A program made the translations under genes and the position numbers. The notes under the pieces are model-generated. The model saw nothing but the letters and a program-made list of their open reading frames with translations, made no database searches and was not told the DNA's origin. A stretch of 64,000 bases of DNA from the human T2T-CHM13v2.0 reference genome, Homo sapiens, in NCBI RefSeq assembly GCF_009914755.1, contig NC_060925.1; one strand, written 5' to 3'. How positions within the stretch are numbered: position 1 is the stretch's first letter; every line of letters starts with the position of its first letter. This document shows, piece after piece, positions 14,244 to 26,914 of the stretch.

Positions 14244-15897
14244 CTACTGTGTATGAACAGTATAAAGGAAAGGGCTTTTACCTCTACCTGAGGAAAACCA
14301 GAAAGACTCCTACCATGTGAGCTGGCTCTTAAGGGATAAATCAGATTTTGCCAGGTGGATGAAAGAAAAAAAGACGCCACCTGGACAGGAAACAGCATGA
14401 GTACAAAGGTAGGAAGGTGTGGAGTCTACCCTGTGGGGCTTGTGTGTCTGAAAAAGAGGAGAGGGTCATGTTCCGGTCATGGAGTGGAGTTATGTGGCTA
14501 CAAGCCCTCAGCAGGGGATATACCCCTGTCATCCAAAACACAGGAGGGTTCCTGAACTTCCCCGCCTCTCTCTCCCTATCCATGAAAAGGGCAACAACAG
14601 GGTTGGCTGGTCAAACTTCTGTCCATACCACCTGCCGCCTCCGATTCATCAACACGCCTTTTGCCTCTCCTAATGAGAGATTAGGATTAGGACGCCTCCC
14701 CCGCCTCCTGCTTCCTTTGCCAGGCTCTTGGGGAGCTGGGCTGCCTGGAACAGCAGTCTGCGGGGTTAGCCGTTTCCCCCACCAGGTCACATGTACACAT
14801 CCATGGACAGCCCCTAATATTCATGAGAACAAGAGTGTGTGACCTGTGAGCTTGGGAAAGCAAGAGGAGAAGTTGGGAGAGGGTCTAGGATGCGAGCCTG
14901 AGTCTGGATGTGGCTCCTGCAGGGAGTGGGGGGAGCAGGTGTGTATGCATTGGGGAGGAACGATGGTGGGGGTGTGGCAACCAAGCAGGGATGGCAGGAG
15001 CGTATGTCTCTGGGAAAGCAGGGAGGGAGAGTGGGAGCAGGCGGCAGGGAGAGTGAATGAACACTCGCATTTGCATTTCTCCCAGGAATAAATGTGTGGG
15101 GTGGGAGGGGGGAGATTGCCTAGGCTGGCTGTGGGGGCAGAGGGCCTCTGGCTGCAAAGCCCAGGCTGTGGAGAGAAGATGGAGGCATACAGCCCGCCAA
15201 ATGTGCCATCTGCCTACTGGATGCCCTCCAGGATCCAGGGCTATCTTTCCCTCCACCCAGCAGAGCCTCTGATGGTGTCTTTTCCCAGGTGGGGGGCTGC
15301 CAGGGGTACAAGAACATGCTCTTCTCTGGTGACCAGGCTCTTGGGCTGAGGGAAGCCCCCTCTTGCACCAGCTGGAGCCCGGGAACACAGCAAGCCAAAT
15401 GCTGCCCTCGAGGGCCAGGCTATTAGATCTGCCTCTTCACCTGGTGTGCCAGGGCAGAGATGAGTTCTGCCAAGCCATCTGCTCTGAGGGCCTGGAAACA
15501 CATGGATTCAGGACTCCTGGGGAAGAAGGTGGAAATGGGGAGGGTCATATGAACTAAAGAAAACTCTCTGACCAGGGAGTCAAAAAATCTAGGCATTGGC
15601 CCTGGCTCTGTGTGACCTAGGGCAAGTCACGTCACCTCTTTGGGCCTCACTCTCCTCATCTATACCACAAGGACTTGGACTAGATCTTTAGGGGGCCTCA
15701 CAGCTGGAATTCAGTATCTGGTTGGTGGAAAGGAGTAGGGAACAAGGAGAGTCACTGAGAAACCTGGGTGGGCGCCAGGGCACAGGCTGGCAGAAGCTGG
15801 GGAAGACTCCTTAGCCACCCCACCTCTGCCTTCAGCAAGGACTTGCTCGGCAGCCTGCTCGAGGCACCAAGGAAAGGGGAGTGTTTCCAGATGAATG

Positions 15898-16229
15898 CCG
15901 TTGGCCCTCTGTATCTGTGGGTTCCACATCCGTGGATTCAACCAACCACAGATTGAAAATATTCAGAAAAAAAAAAAATTCACAACGTTCCAAAAAGGAA
16001 AACTTGAATTTGCTGTGTGCCAGTACTATGTGGAATCCATGTGAATGGAGTGAGGTGTAAGCATTGTGTTTGGTGTTATAGGTAATCTAGAGATGATTTG
16101 AAGTACACAGGAGGATGTGCGTAGGTTATGTGCAAATTCACCATTTTATATAAAAGACCTCAGCATATGTGGATTTGGTATCCACTGGACGTGCAGAACC
16201 AATCCCCCATGGTTACTGAGGGACGACTG
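15898..16229 (-). mobile_element. MER2-family (TcMar-Tigger) DNA transposon
   Basis: Terminal repeats gttggccctctgtatc ... gagggacgactg followed by TA; the body matches MER2 as I recall it. Confidence 0.85.
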
Positions 16230-16926
16230 TACATCTCTGAGGGTGCGGGAGAGGATACTTCCCAGGCCCCCGAGACCCTACACAATGTCTACTGGTGTTT
16301 ATGATCCTTTCTAGGGCCCACCTCCCAATTTCCATTTGGTTTCCTCCTAGCAGATTTAGAGAATTTCCCGTATCCTCATGATCATCATCTGTGAACTTGA
16401 AGTTGGCTTTCAAATCCGATCTCATCCCCCATACACCTTCTCTTTGAACTACCTAGGCCTGCAGCTCCTGTCTCTGGTGATTTTATTCAATTATGGTCTC
16501 TGTGCTGGCGCTCTAGGTGAGGGTGAAGTGCCTCATTTCCACCTATTTTTATCTTTGGATTCTGGCTATGAAGCTGAAGCCTTGTCACTCTCTGGCTGGA
16601 GAAAGAAGCTGCAAAGACAAGCTCTATCTCTCCATATCCCCCGACTCCAGCCTTCTCTGAGGACTCAGAATCTGAGGGATGGGGCCCCTTCCTTGCAGGG
16701 GATGGCACTCCCTGTTCCTCAAAGATGTGGCCTTATCAGGAGAGTGGACAAGGAAAAGAAAGAAGGAGCTGACAGAGTAAGAGGAGAGAGAGCAGGAGCT
16801 GGAGGTGGGGGGTGAAGCGGAAGGTGGGGGGAGAATTCTCTTTTGTCAAATACAGGAATGGGGCAGGGGACCCCCTGAGGAAAGAGGAGGGGAAACAGCT
16901 GGACATCAGAAGGAATGAGAAGTCTG

Positions 16927-16931
16927 ATTGG
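16927..16931 (-). promoter_or_regulatory. Inverted CCAAT box in the OPTC proximal promoter
   Basis: ctgATTGGtc about 70 bp upstream of the inferred OPTC exon 1. Confidence 0.4.
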
Positions 16932-16994
16932 TCGCAGGCCTGGCCAACTCCTTGCCCTCCCCCGGGCACCACTGTCTAACCCAAGCCCCAGTTC

Positions 16995-17070
16995 AGACAG
17001 CCTCCACCAGAGTCCCCACCTTTCTGGAAGCTGCAGGGCTCTCCATCCAGGATCCAGAAGCATTGAAGGG
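16995..17070 (+). other. OPTC: OPTC exon 1 (non-coding; start approximate)
   Basis: Donor GGG|gtaagg at 17070/17071; the sequence agrees with my recollection of the OPTC 5'UTR. Confidence 0.7.
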
Positions 17071-17356
17071 GTAAGGCTCAAGGTTGAGGCCTCTGGCCAT
17101 CGGTGCGCAAATGAGGGCAAAGTGTTTGGCTGGGGCAGGGGATTGGGAAGGGAAAATGAAGAGAGTTTAGGCCTCTGGCCAAAGAAGTTGGACAAGACTT
17201 TTGGGTGGGCACTAAACTCTCTTAGAAAAATTTTTTTTGAGATTATGTAATTCGTTTGGGGTGAGGTATGGGAGGTAAGGTGAAGAAACACCTCTTGCTA
17301 CTGCTAGAGGCTTGCCCCCTTGCCCAGCTAAAATTAAGAAAGGGTGGGGAGGTTAA

Positions 17357-17545
17357 CTGGGCATAGTAACACACGCCTGTAGTCCCAGCTACTTGGGAGG
17401 CTGAGGCAGGAGGACTGCCTGAGCCCAGGAGGTTAAGGCTTCAGTGAGCTGAGATCATGCCATAACACTCCAGGCTGGGCAACAGAGTGACACCGTCTTA
17501 AAAATAGAAAATAAAATAAAAATTAAAAGATAAAAAAAATTTTAA
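17357..17545 (+). mobile_element. FRAM / Alu right monomer
   Basis: Right-arm-only Alu sequence with A-rich tail. Confidence 0.8.
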
Positions 17546-18090
17546 AAGAAAGAAAGGGGGAGAGTCTACTAGAAACTTGTGCAGCTAGCTTTGGGGAGGG
17601 CTGTGTTAAGCCTACACTGGGTATGACTGTTGTATACACTTATGCCTGGATACAAAACCACACCACATGCATTTCCTGACCCGTCTATACATATACGAAC
17701 TACATGAACATTTGTACTCACATGCATATCACATACATACGCAGGCATCTGTGTGCACACACACACAAATATACACAGGTATCTAAGGAAATTTCCAGAT
17801 GCGTACACACTCATGCAATCACACACAAAGAACTCTTTTATCTGTAATAATCTGTTTCTAAAAAGCTGCATTTAGAAGTATATTTCATAAACTAACATTC
17901 TTTTTTACATTGTATGTTTCATTGTAAGTCCATGTCTCCTAAAGAGACTAGGTGCTCCTAGGAAGGGCTGTGCCTCATTCATTCTGTACCCACAGAGACA
18001 AGTCCTGTGCCTGGAACTCAATAGACACCCATAAATGTTTGTTGAGCAAATGCATGAATGGATGATCTTTATAAAAAACCACAAGAGTCA

Positions 18091-18422
<332 letters not shown>

Positions 18423-18817
18423 CTAAATCGAGCTTAGTGACTAGCAGTCATGTTCTGAGCATGGGGTTGTTTAAGAGAGGACATCTGTGTGCGTGCACCA
18501 GTGTGTGCCTCGTTTGTAAACAAGGGGACTCTTGTGAATGTGTCTGTGTTGAGATGTGTCTGCACATGCCTCTGTGAGTGAATATCAGTGTTTGGGTGAG
18601 CGTGTAAAAACACTCAAGTGGGGCGGTGGAGGGAGGGGGCTGCTAGGAGATACCCCTCAAGACATAGTCCCAGCTGGTAGGGAATTTGTGCATGTGATGA
18701 GAGCACTGAGTCTGCAAGTGTGGGGGTGGGAAGTGGAGTAAATCTGCGAGCCATTCCCACAACACTCTGGAGAGCCTGTCCCTCAGATCGCTGCCCTTCC
18801 TCGTGCCCACTTGCCAG

Positions 18818-18858
18818 GACCAGCCGCTGAAGGGATTCTCAGTCCCATCTGACTCCCC
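18818..18858 (+). other. OPTC: OPTC exon 2, 5'UTR portion
   Basis: Acceptor cccacttgccag|G at 18817/18818. Confidence 0.8.
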
Positions 18859-19089
18859 ATGAGGCTCCTGGCTTTCCTGAGTCTGCTGGCCTTGGTGCTG
18901 CAGGAGACAGGGACAGCTTCTCTCCCAAGGAAGGAGAGGAAGAGGAGAGAGGAGCAGATGCCCAGGGAAGGCGATTCCTTTGAAGTTCTGCCTCTGCGGA
19001 ATGATGTCCTGAACCCAGACAACTATGGTGAAGTCATTGACCTGAGCAACTATGAGGAGCTCACAGATTATGGGGACCAACTCCCCGAG
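18859..19089 (+). CDS. OPTC: Opticin coding exon 2 (aa 1-77)
   Basis: MRLLAFLSLLALVLQETGT signal peptide; acidic Tyr motifs (DNYGE, SNYEE, TDYGD) typical of sulfation sites; donor GAG|gtgagg (phase 0). Confidence 0.97.
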
Positions 19090-19829
19090 GTGAGGGACAC
19101 AGCAGACCAACTACATGCCCTGCATGACACTGGGAGTCAGAGGCCAGGGCCCTCCCATCTGCCCCAAAGTGCGGGTGTCTCCAGCCTCCACCTCTTTCTC
19201 TGTGAGGTGGAAATTCTTATCCCTCCATAGGGACTTGTCACTTAGATGATACTAAGAAACAGGACACAAACCTGGGACTTCTCCTTCTTCAAAAGTCATA
19301 CTTGCCTCCCCCTGCCAAAGCTATGTCTCACTGGGGGAGGGGTTCGCAATGTCCTCATCATATTCTCTAGGAAATAAAAGTGCCACATCCCCCATCTCTT
19401 TTCTGAAACTGTCCTCCAGTCTGAAGTTCTTTCCCAGGTCCTCTTGGCCTTCACTGCAGCAGCGTGGGGTGCAAGCCCAGAAGCCCCTACTCAATTGTGC
19501 GTGAGCCTGGTCGGTGTGGAGCAGGGGAAGAGTGCCGGCCTGGGAAATCGGGAGAGCAGGTTTCGTCTCTGCCTTGACCACCTGCTGGCTCTTTGATCCT
19601 CATCCCTCTCCTCTCTGGGCCCCAGTTTCTTCATCCATAGGATGGACATGCTGGACCTGATGCTCTGTCAGGTCCCCTTTTTGCACAGTCTTTCTGCTAT
19701 CCTTCCCTCCTCCTCCTCCACAGTGACTCTTTGCTGGTTTGAAATCCATCACTGAGGTTCCCAGAGTCCAAAGTTAAGTCCCTTTTGTGCAAAAGCTGGG
19801 CTACTGTGTACTCTGTGCTACATCTCCAG

Positions 19830-19968
19830 GTTAAGGTGACTAGCCTCGCTCCTGCAACCAGCATCAGTCCCGCCAAGAGCACTACGGCTCCAGGGACACC
19901 CTCGTCAAACCCCACGATGACCAGACCTACTACAGCAGGGCTGCTACTGAGTTCCCAGCCCAACCATG
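19830..19968 (+). CDS. OPTC: Opticin exon 3, Ser/Thr/Pro-rich region (139 nt)
   Basis: catctccag|GTT; VKVTSLAPATSISPAKSTTAPG...QPNHG; donor G|gtaagt. Confidence 0.95.
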
Positions 19969-21533
19969 GTAAGTGCACAGTCACATGGTCGCAATATCCC
20001 TAGGTCATAGGCCAAGCAGCTATGACCCAGCACCAGGGGGTACCAAAGTGGAACGTGGTTGGGGTTGGGGCATAGAGGGTCAGGGCTACCCTTACTAGCA
20101 GGGAGAGAAGGGGAAATAGCCACAGTAAGAACAGGAAAAAAGAAATCAAAGACTGGCACTGGCTGTCCCTAATACTTTTGCCTGAATGTACAAGTTGAGT
20201 AAGAAGCAAAGAAATGCAAGAACTCCCTTATGCCCTAGCAAAGCCACCCTGCCTTAATTAATAGCATGACGGGGGAAGCAGGTTGAGTGGTAATTAGATT
20301 ACAGACAATTAAAAGCCTGTAGAGAAGAATAACTAACTTTGTGGCTGTCACTTGGCATGGGAGCAAATGAAGCAGTCACACTGCTTTTCAGCTTCAAAGT
20401 CCCTCCTCAGCAGCTCTCTTTCCTTCCCTGATGCCCTCCTGGAGGCTGCGGCTGGCATCCCTGGCAGTGAGGCCTCAGCAATCTGCTGGAAATCAGAAGT
20501 GGGCAGAGGAGGGGTGAAGTTCATTCTGGACCTGCTTGCCCGCGGTTTCCCTGTTCTCTTCTCGGGATGTTTGCCTTGGGTGGACCTGGGGTATTGGGGC
20601 ATTGGCAGGAAAACCATTCAGTCAGGAATCCATGACCTCTCAGAGCTACAGTCTCAGGCTTAAAGAGGCCATAAAGGGCCTCAGCTGAATCCACCATTCA
20701 AAGCCTCAGGATAAGAAAGATGCTGGGGCCCCTCTGCTCTACCCACTCCTCCTGGTCACTGCTGGCAGAGAAGAGCTCCTTAATCTGGGGGCTGTGTCAC
20801 TGCTACCAGAGTTATTCCTTGAGTTGAGCTAAACTGGTCTCTCAGTAATCTCTGTGCCTTGTGATAGCAAGTGACAGAAACCACCTGCGCTATTCAGTTG
20901 TATGATCCAATAAAGTCTCCCCAACTACTTGGGGTGGCTGACCTGGCCTAACCTCATGACCCGTGGGTACAGAGACAGGGTCATGGACAGAACAGGAGAG
21001 GGCTGCTTCCCAAAGAAAAATTGGCATGCTGATGCCATAAGAAGGGGAAGTGGTTGCTGGGTAGGCACTGTACTCCACCTTGGTTCTATTGTGCTTCTTG
21101 GAGCCACACAGAACATGTCTAATTTCTCTTCCCCAAGGCAGATGGCAGAGCCAGCAACCACTGGCCATCCCACTTAATTCTGGCTTTACTTTTTGGGACC
21201 AGAGAGGAATCCTGTGGAAAAGAGACCAAGGGATTTCCTAGAAACACCCACATAGGCCCAGGAAAATGTACACAGAACCAGGGTCTGCTGAAAGTATAAA
21301 TGGGCTTGGGCTGGGTAGTAACTGAGGATGGACCTGCCTCTCTGGGGTAGAGGACAGAGTGACAGGGGAGCAGACAACAGCACCGTGTACATGGTGCCCG
21401 TCAGTTCTGGGCAGCAACCCATAGGCTATCAAAAAGGCACAGATGGCCATGGTTCAGACACTCCCTGGGGCGAGGGCCATTGGCCCCAGAGGCTAAAGAG
21501 ATCTCCCTTTGTTCTGTCTTCCACCTGGGCCAG

Positions 21534-21692
21534 GTCTGCCCACCTGCCTGGTCTGCGTGTGCCTCGGTTCCTCTGTGTATTGCGATGACATTGACCTAGA
21601 GGACATTCCTCCTCTTCCTCGGAGGACTGCCTACCTGTATGCACGCTTCAACCGCATCAGCCGTATCAGGGCCGAAGACTTCAAAGGGCTGA
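21534..21692 (+). CDS. OPTC: Opticin exon 4, Cys cluster and first LRR (159 nt)
   Basis: Class III SLRP motif CX2CXCX6C (CLVCVCLGSSVYC); acceptor gccag|GT; donor A|gtatgt. Confidence 0.96.
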
Positions 21693-22501
21693 GTATGTAA
21701 TGCCCTGGGAAAAGAGGAGTGGGGGCAGGCATATGCAGCCACCCTGCCACTAGGACAGTCACCAACACTGTGTTAGTGCCCCCCGTGTTAGCTCTTTCCT
21801 GTTGGCTCTCAGTCCCTCCAGCTGTCAAAGGGAAATAGCCCGAAGTCTCTAGAAGTCCCTTCCTTGAAGTATTTAGATGGTGGAAGGGACCTGTTTTTAT
21901 TTGTTCTCCAAAAACGTCTGGGAAGCTGGGAGGGGAAGGTATGATCTGCCAGCATCTTCAGGATGTCCCAGCAGTGACAGCTGTGTGATCAGCTGGCCTC
22001 TGGGCAGGACAGTCTTAAATCTACTCTCCATGGCACTGATGCTCTTTACAGGGTTGTTTGTGTGCTTTTAGCTTCTTTATGCCTTATGCCCTGCTTGAGA
22101 CAGGAGACCTGGGTTCTGATCCAAATTCTACCACTAATTACCCAGAGCCTTTCCAGGCCTCAGTGCCCTTTTGTTTAGACTCACAAGTGGAGGTGAGGTG
22201 GATCCAGGGATTCCTGGGCCTGTTGGTTCTCGCTTTCAAGAGGCTTCTTCTAAAGGATGCAAGATGGACGGCCACTGCACAGGACAAAACTCCAGGGAGG
22301 GGCACTGAGGCATCCGAGGGCTTTTCCAAGGAGTCCTGGTTTATGTTATTTCCTCTGGTTTGGGCCTAGTGCAGGTGGAGAGCTGGTTAGAATCCCCTCA
22401 TCTTGAGAGGGATGGAGCAAGGTGTGGAGACAGCTCCAACCTGGACAAGGAAAGATAGTGTGTTCTGGTTTCTCTCTTTGTTCTCCCCTAACCTCTCTCA
22501 G

Positions 22502-22704
22502 CAAAGTTGAAGAGGATTGACCTCTCCAACAACCTCATTTCCTCCATCGATAATGATGCCTTCCGCCTGCTACATGCCCTCCAGGACCTCATCCTCCCAG
22601 AGAACCAGTTGGAAGCTCTGCCCGTGCTGCCCAGTGGCATTGAGTTCCTGGATGTCCGCCTAAATCGGCTCCAGAGCTCGGGGATACAGCCTGCAGCCTT
22701 CAGG
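22502..22704 (+). CDS. OPTC: Opticin exon 5, LRRs (203 nt)
   Basis: ctctctcag|CA; TKLKRIDLSNNLISSID...IQPAAFR; donor AGG|gtgagt. Confidence 0.96.
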
Positions 22705-22729
22705 GTGAGTCAAGGCCTTAGATCCACTA

Positions 22730-23733
22730 TCTATCACCTCCACCACCCACCTCTACCACCACCCACCTCCACCACCTACCTCCACCACTCACCTCCACCA
22801 CCACCCACCTCCACCTCTACCACCCACCTCCACCATCACCCACCTCTACCACCACCCACTTCCACACCTACCACCCACCTACCACCGCCACCACCACCAC
22901 CTACCTCCACCACCACCACCTCCACCTCTACCACCCACCTCCACCTCCAGCACCCACCCCACCCCTACCACCACCCACCACCACCACCACCACCCACCTA
23001 CACCACCTACCACTACCACCACCACCTACCTCCATCACCTACCACCACCACCACCACCCACCTCCACCTCCACCACACACCTCCACCACCTACCACTGCC
23101 ACCACCACCACCTACCTCCACCACCACCCACCTCCACCTCCAGCACCCACCTCCACCCCTACCACCACCCACCACCACCACCACCCACCTCCACCACCTA
23201 CCACCACCACCACCACCTACCTCCACCACCACCCACCTCCACCACCACCACCACCCACCTCCACCCCTACCACCACCACCACCACCCACCTCCACCACCT
23301 ACCACTGCCACCACCACCACCTACCTCCACCACCACCACCCACCTCCACCTCCACCACCCACCTCCACCACCACCACCACCACCACCACCACCACCACCA
23401 CCCACCTCCACCACCACCTACCACCCACCTCCACACACCACCACCCACCTCCACACACCACCACCCACCTCCACCTCCACCACCCACCTCCACCACCACC
23501 ACCCACCTCCACCTCTACCACCCACCTCCACCTCTATCACCACCCACCTCCACCTCTGCCACCTCTACCACCCACCTGCACCTCCACCTCCACCACCATC
23601 ACCCGCCTCCACTGCCACCACCACCACCCACCTCCACTCCTACCACCCATATCCACCACCACCACCCACCTGCACTACCCACCTGCACTACCCACCTGCA
23701 CTCCCACCATGCACCTCCACCACCACCACCCAC
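22730..23733. repeat. ~1 kb degenerate (CCA)n/CCACCT low-complexity tandem array, OPTC intron 5
   Basis: Almost all C and A with interspersed T; recurring blocks such as ccacccacctccacc. Confidence 0.97.
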
Positions 23734-23864
23734 TGTTTTCATCCTTTTAAATTTGCTATTTATTGATTCTTTCAGTTGCAAGAAACTGATTCTGACCCAA
23801 GAAAAGGCCATCCCAAGAACCTCCATGAATGGAAACAGTACTATCAGGCCTCATGGGCCTGTTA

Positions 23865-24007
23865 CTGGCTGAGCATCCCTAACCTGAAATCCAGAATCCA
23901 AAAGCCTCCAATAAGCATTTCTTTTGAGCACTTTGTTGATGCTCAAAAAGTTTTGGGTTTTGGAGCATTTTGGATTTTGGATATTCAGATTTGGGATACT
24001 CAACCTG
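23865..24007. mobile_element. Tigger4/MER46-type palindromic MITE
   Basis: TA-flanked ctggctgagcatccct...gggatactcaacctg with long internal inverted symmetry. Confidence 0.8.
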
Positions 24008-24249
24008 TACTGGGAATGGGGGTTCAGAAGTCCAGGTGGACAACTCTCTCTCCCTCTTTGGGACACACGGCCTCTTGTCTTGACTTCTTTCTGTGCATCT
24101 GCTCAATTCACCTGTTTGCTCACCAGCATCCTCTGCACACTCACAGGTTCTGCTCCCTGAAAACATACACGTGAGTTTGGCTTGGAATAGTGCTGATTCT
24201 GGCCCTAATTCTACGTATCCTTTTATTTCCAAAACCCTTCAGTAAGTGA

Positions 24250-24594
<345 letters not shown>

Positions 24595-25535
24595 AAGAGA
24601 GACTATTTGATTGGTCATTGGCTGGCCAGTTTTGATGGGAAGGGCTAAGTTGTATGACACAAATATGCCCACTGGGGCAGCCTATTCAATAGGGCTAGGA
24701 AGAGCCCCGGGTGTGTTCGCCCATGTGCTCTCTCTCTTTCTCTCTCTGTCTCTCAAGTAGTAGAATCTTTTACGCAATCTAATTCCTATTTAGAAGCATC
24801 AAATAAACCAAATTAGACTTGCATTTTTGAAATAGGATGAGAGCACAGAGGCACACCTGCTTGCTCTCTTGCCCTGCCCTCCCCAGTGCCTTCCACCCTC
24901 TCAGCCTTCTCCTGTCTGCAGTGGTCTTTGAGGGAGTTTTACAGAACAGCGTCACTACCACTGTTGTGGTGGAAGAGCACTAGACTGGGAATCAGAAGCC
25001 GGCCACGTGACCCCGGGCCTCAGTTTTTCGGTCTCAAAGAACGGGATTGCATGATCCCTGAAGTTCCCCACTGCTCAGCCTCAGCAACATGCCAGCTGTC
25101 TCCATATTAGGAGGCGCTGCTTTGCCTTGACTCAGAGCTGTTTTCTCAGCCCAGGATAAGGCCTGGGCTTTGGAGCCACAGAGACCTGGGTTTGTGCGAG
25201 AGTCTCCTGACCTCTCTGACCTTGTTTTCTCATCTGCAAAATGAGGGTAATAATACCTGCTTGACACAGCTGCTGGAGGGTTAAATAAGATAGCATTTTA
25301 CAAAGAGAACAGGAGGGTTAGATACGCATAGTAGATGCTCCATAAATGGTAACTATCATTTTTATTTGCTCCCTGAGCCCTGCTGAAGGCTTGTCTCTTC
25401 CCAAACCCTTCTCTGATTAACACTGTCTAATTCTGAGAGCACGGTCCCATGCACACACTGTGTACCTCTCTGTGCCTGAGGTTCTCATTCTGCTGGTCTG
25501 GCTGTCTCCCGAGTGTCTGCTCTGTACCTGCTCCT

Positions 25536-25708
25536 CACCCAGAGCATGGACGATAAACAGAGCATGGAGGATGGAAGTTAGATACCAGGGAGCAGGTCAT
25601 GCCAGTGAGAGGCATGAGGCTTAGGCAGCTGTGGGGTCTCCTTTATTGGAGGGTTTATTGGAGACATTGATTGGGAGGTCTTGTTTAGATAATTGTCCAT
25701 GGCCCCAG
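25536..25708 (+). repeat. Direct repeat copy 1 (~170 bp), upstream of OPTC exon 6
   Basis: Aligns by eye with 26215-26384. Confidence 0.92.
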
Positions 25709-26107
25709 GTTTAGCATTTGGAGACTTGTCATTGGGGAAAGTCCCTTCTGATAGCAGAGAAGTTGAGGCAAAGCGGAAATGTCCCCTGGTCCTCCCTTCT
25801 ACCCTGTCCCTGCCCCTCCCCTGCACTACCCAGTGTCATTACCAGCTGATTAGCTCTTTCCTACTTCAGTGGCTGGCACCTCAATGGTAGCAGCTTTCCT
25901 CCTGCATCCAGTTGGAGTTAGTGTCTGTAAGATCCTTAAAGACCTGGGCAACCCCTGTGGCACCCAGCACAGAGCTTGGCGCATGGCTGAGGCTAAGTGA
26001 GCCCTGAGTGAACAAATGGGGCCACCTGTCTCTGGTCTCATAGCCCTCCTCACTGCCAGGGTCCAACAGGACCCACCAGCCTCCTACACTCTTTGCTTTC
26101 TCCACAG

Positions 26108-26203
26108 GCAATGGAGAAGCTGCAGTTCCTTTACCTGTCAGACAACCTGCTGGATTCTATCCCGGGGCCTTTGCCCCCGAGCCTGCGCTCTGTACACCTG
26201 CAG
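26108..26203 (+). CDS. OPTC: Opticin exon 6 (96 nt, phase 0-0, aa 245-276)
   Basis: ctccacag|GCA; AMEKLQFLYLSDNLLDSIPGPLPPSLRSVHLQ; donor CAG|gtaagg. Confidence 0.96.
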
Positions 26204-26214
26204 GTAAGGAGCAC

Positions 26215-26384
26215 CACCCAGAGCAAGGGTGATAAACAGCGTGGAGGATGGAAGTTAGATACCAGGAGCAGGTCGTGGCAGAGAGAGGCATGAGGCTTAG
26301 GCAGCTGTGGGGTCTCCTTGATTGGAGGGTTTATTGGAGACAAGGATTGGGAGGTCTTGTCTAAATAGTTGTCCATGACCCCAG
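26215..26384 (+). repeat. Direct repeat copy 2 (~170 bp), downstream of OPTC exon 6
   Basis: Shared blocks such as gagaggcatgaggcttaggcagctgtggggtctcctt; both copies give SPINPPIKETPQLPKPHAS in minus-strand ORFs. Confidence 0.92.
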
Positions 26385-26743
26385 TTTGATTTTCTCCATT
26401 TTTTCTTTTTAAAACACTTTCTCTCCCTCCACCATTTTATTTTATCTCACCCAACTGCTTTTCCTTCTCTCTTTTTCCTACCCTCTGTCTCTTTCCTTCC
26501 CTTCAGTCCTTCCCTCCTTCCTCTCTCCCCTTCTCTTCCTCTTCATCTGTGCCCTCTCTCTCCATCCATCCCCCCTGGGGCTCCTCTTCTCACCCTTGTT
26601 GTGTGGCTTTGGCCCTAGATGCTTCAGTTTCTCCAGTTGCACCAGAGCAGGCAGAGCTGGTAGGGACAGCTGATGTGAGCCTTTGGTGCTGCTTAAGGGG
26701 CAGAGCCTCTTGGTGAGGCTCAGCTGGTATGTGTTCTTCCCAG

Positions 26744-26914
26744 AATAACCTGATAGAGACCATGCAGAGAGACGTCTTCTGTGACCCCGAGGAGCACAAA
26801 CACACCCGCAGGCAGCTGGAAGACATCCGCCTGGATGGCAACCCCATCAACCTCAGCCTCTTCCCCAGCGCCTACTTCTGCCTGCCTCGGCTCCCCATCG
26901 GCCGCTTCACGTAG
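26744..26914 (+). CDS. OPTC: Opticin exon 7 coding part to TAG; exon continues to 26939
   Basis: ttcttcccag|AAT; NNLIETMQRDVFC...CLPRLPIGRFT*; 231+139+159+203+96+171=999 nt = 332 aa plus stop; donor CAG|gtaaga at 26939/26940. Confidence 0.96.
   Translation, partial: NNLIETMQRDVFCDPEEHKHTRRQLEDIRLDGNPINLSLFPSAYFCLPRLPIGRFT

Noticed and set aside
22507-23766. The 419-aa ORF as a novel extensin- or mucin-like gene
   Set aside because: It is OPTC exon 5 plus a repeat that lacks stops by composition; kept only as an intron-retention hypothesis.
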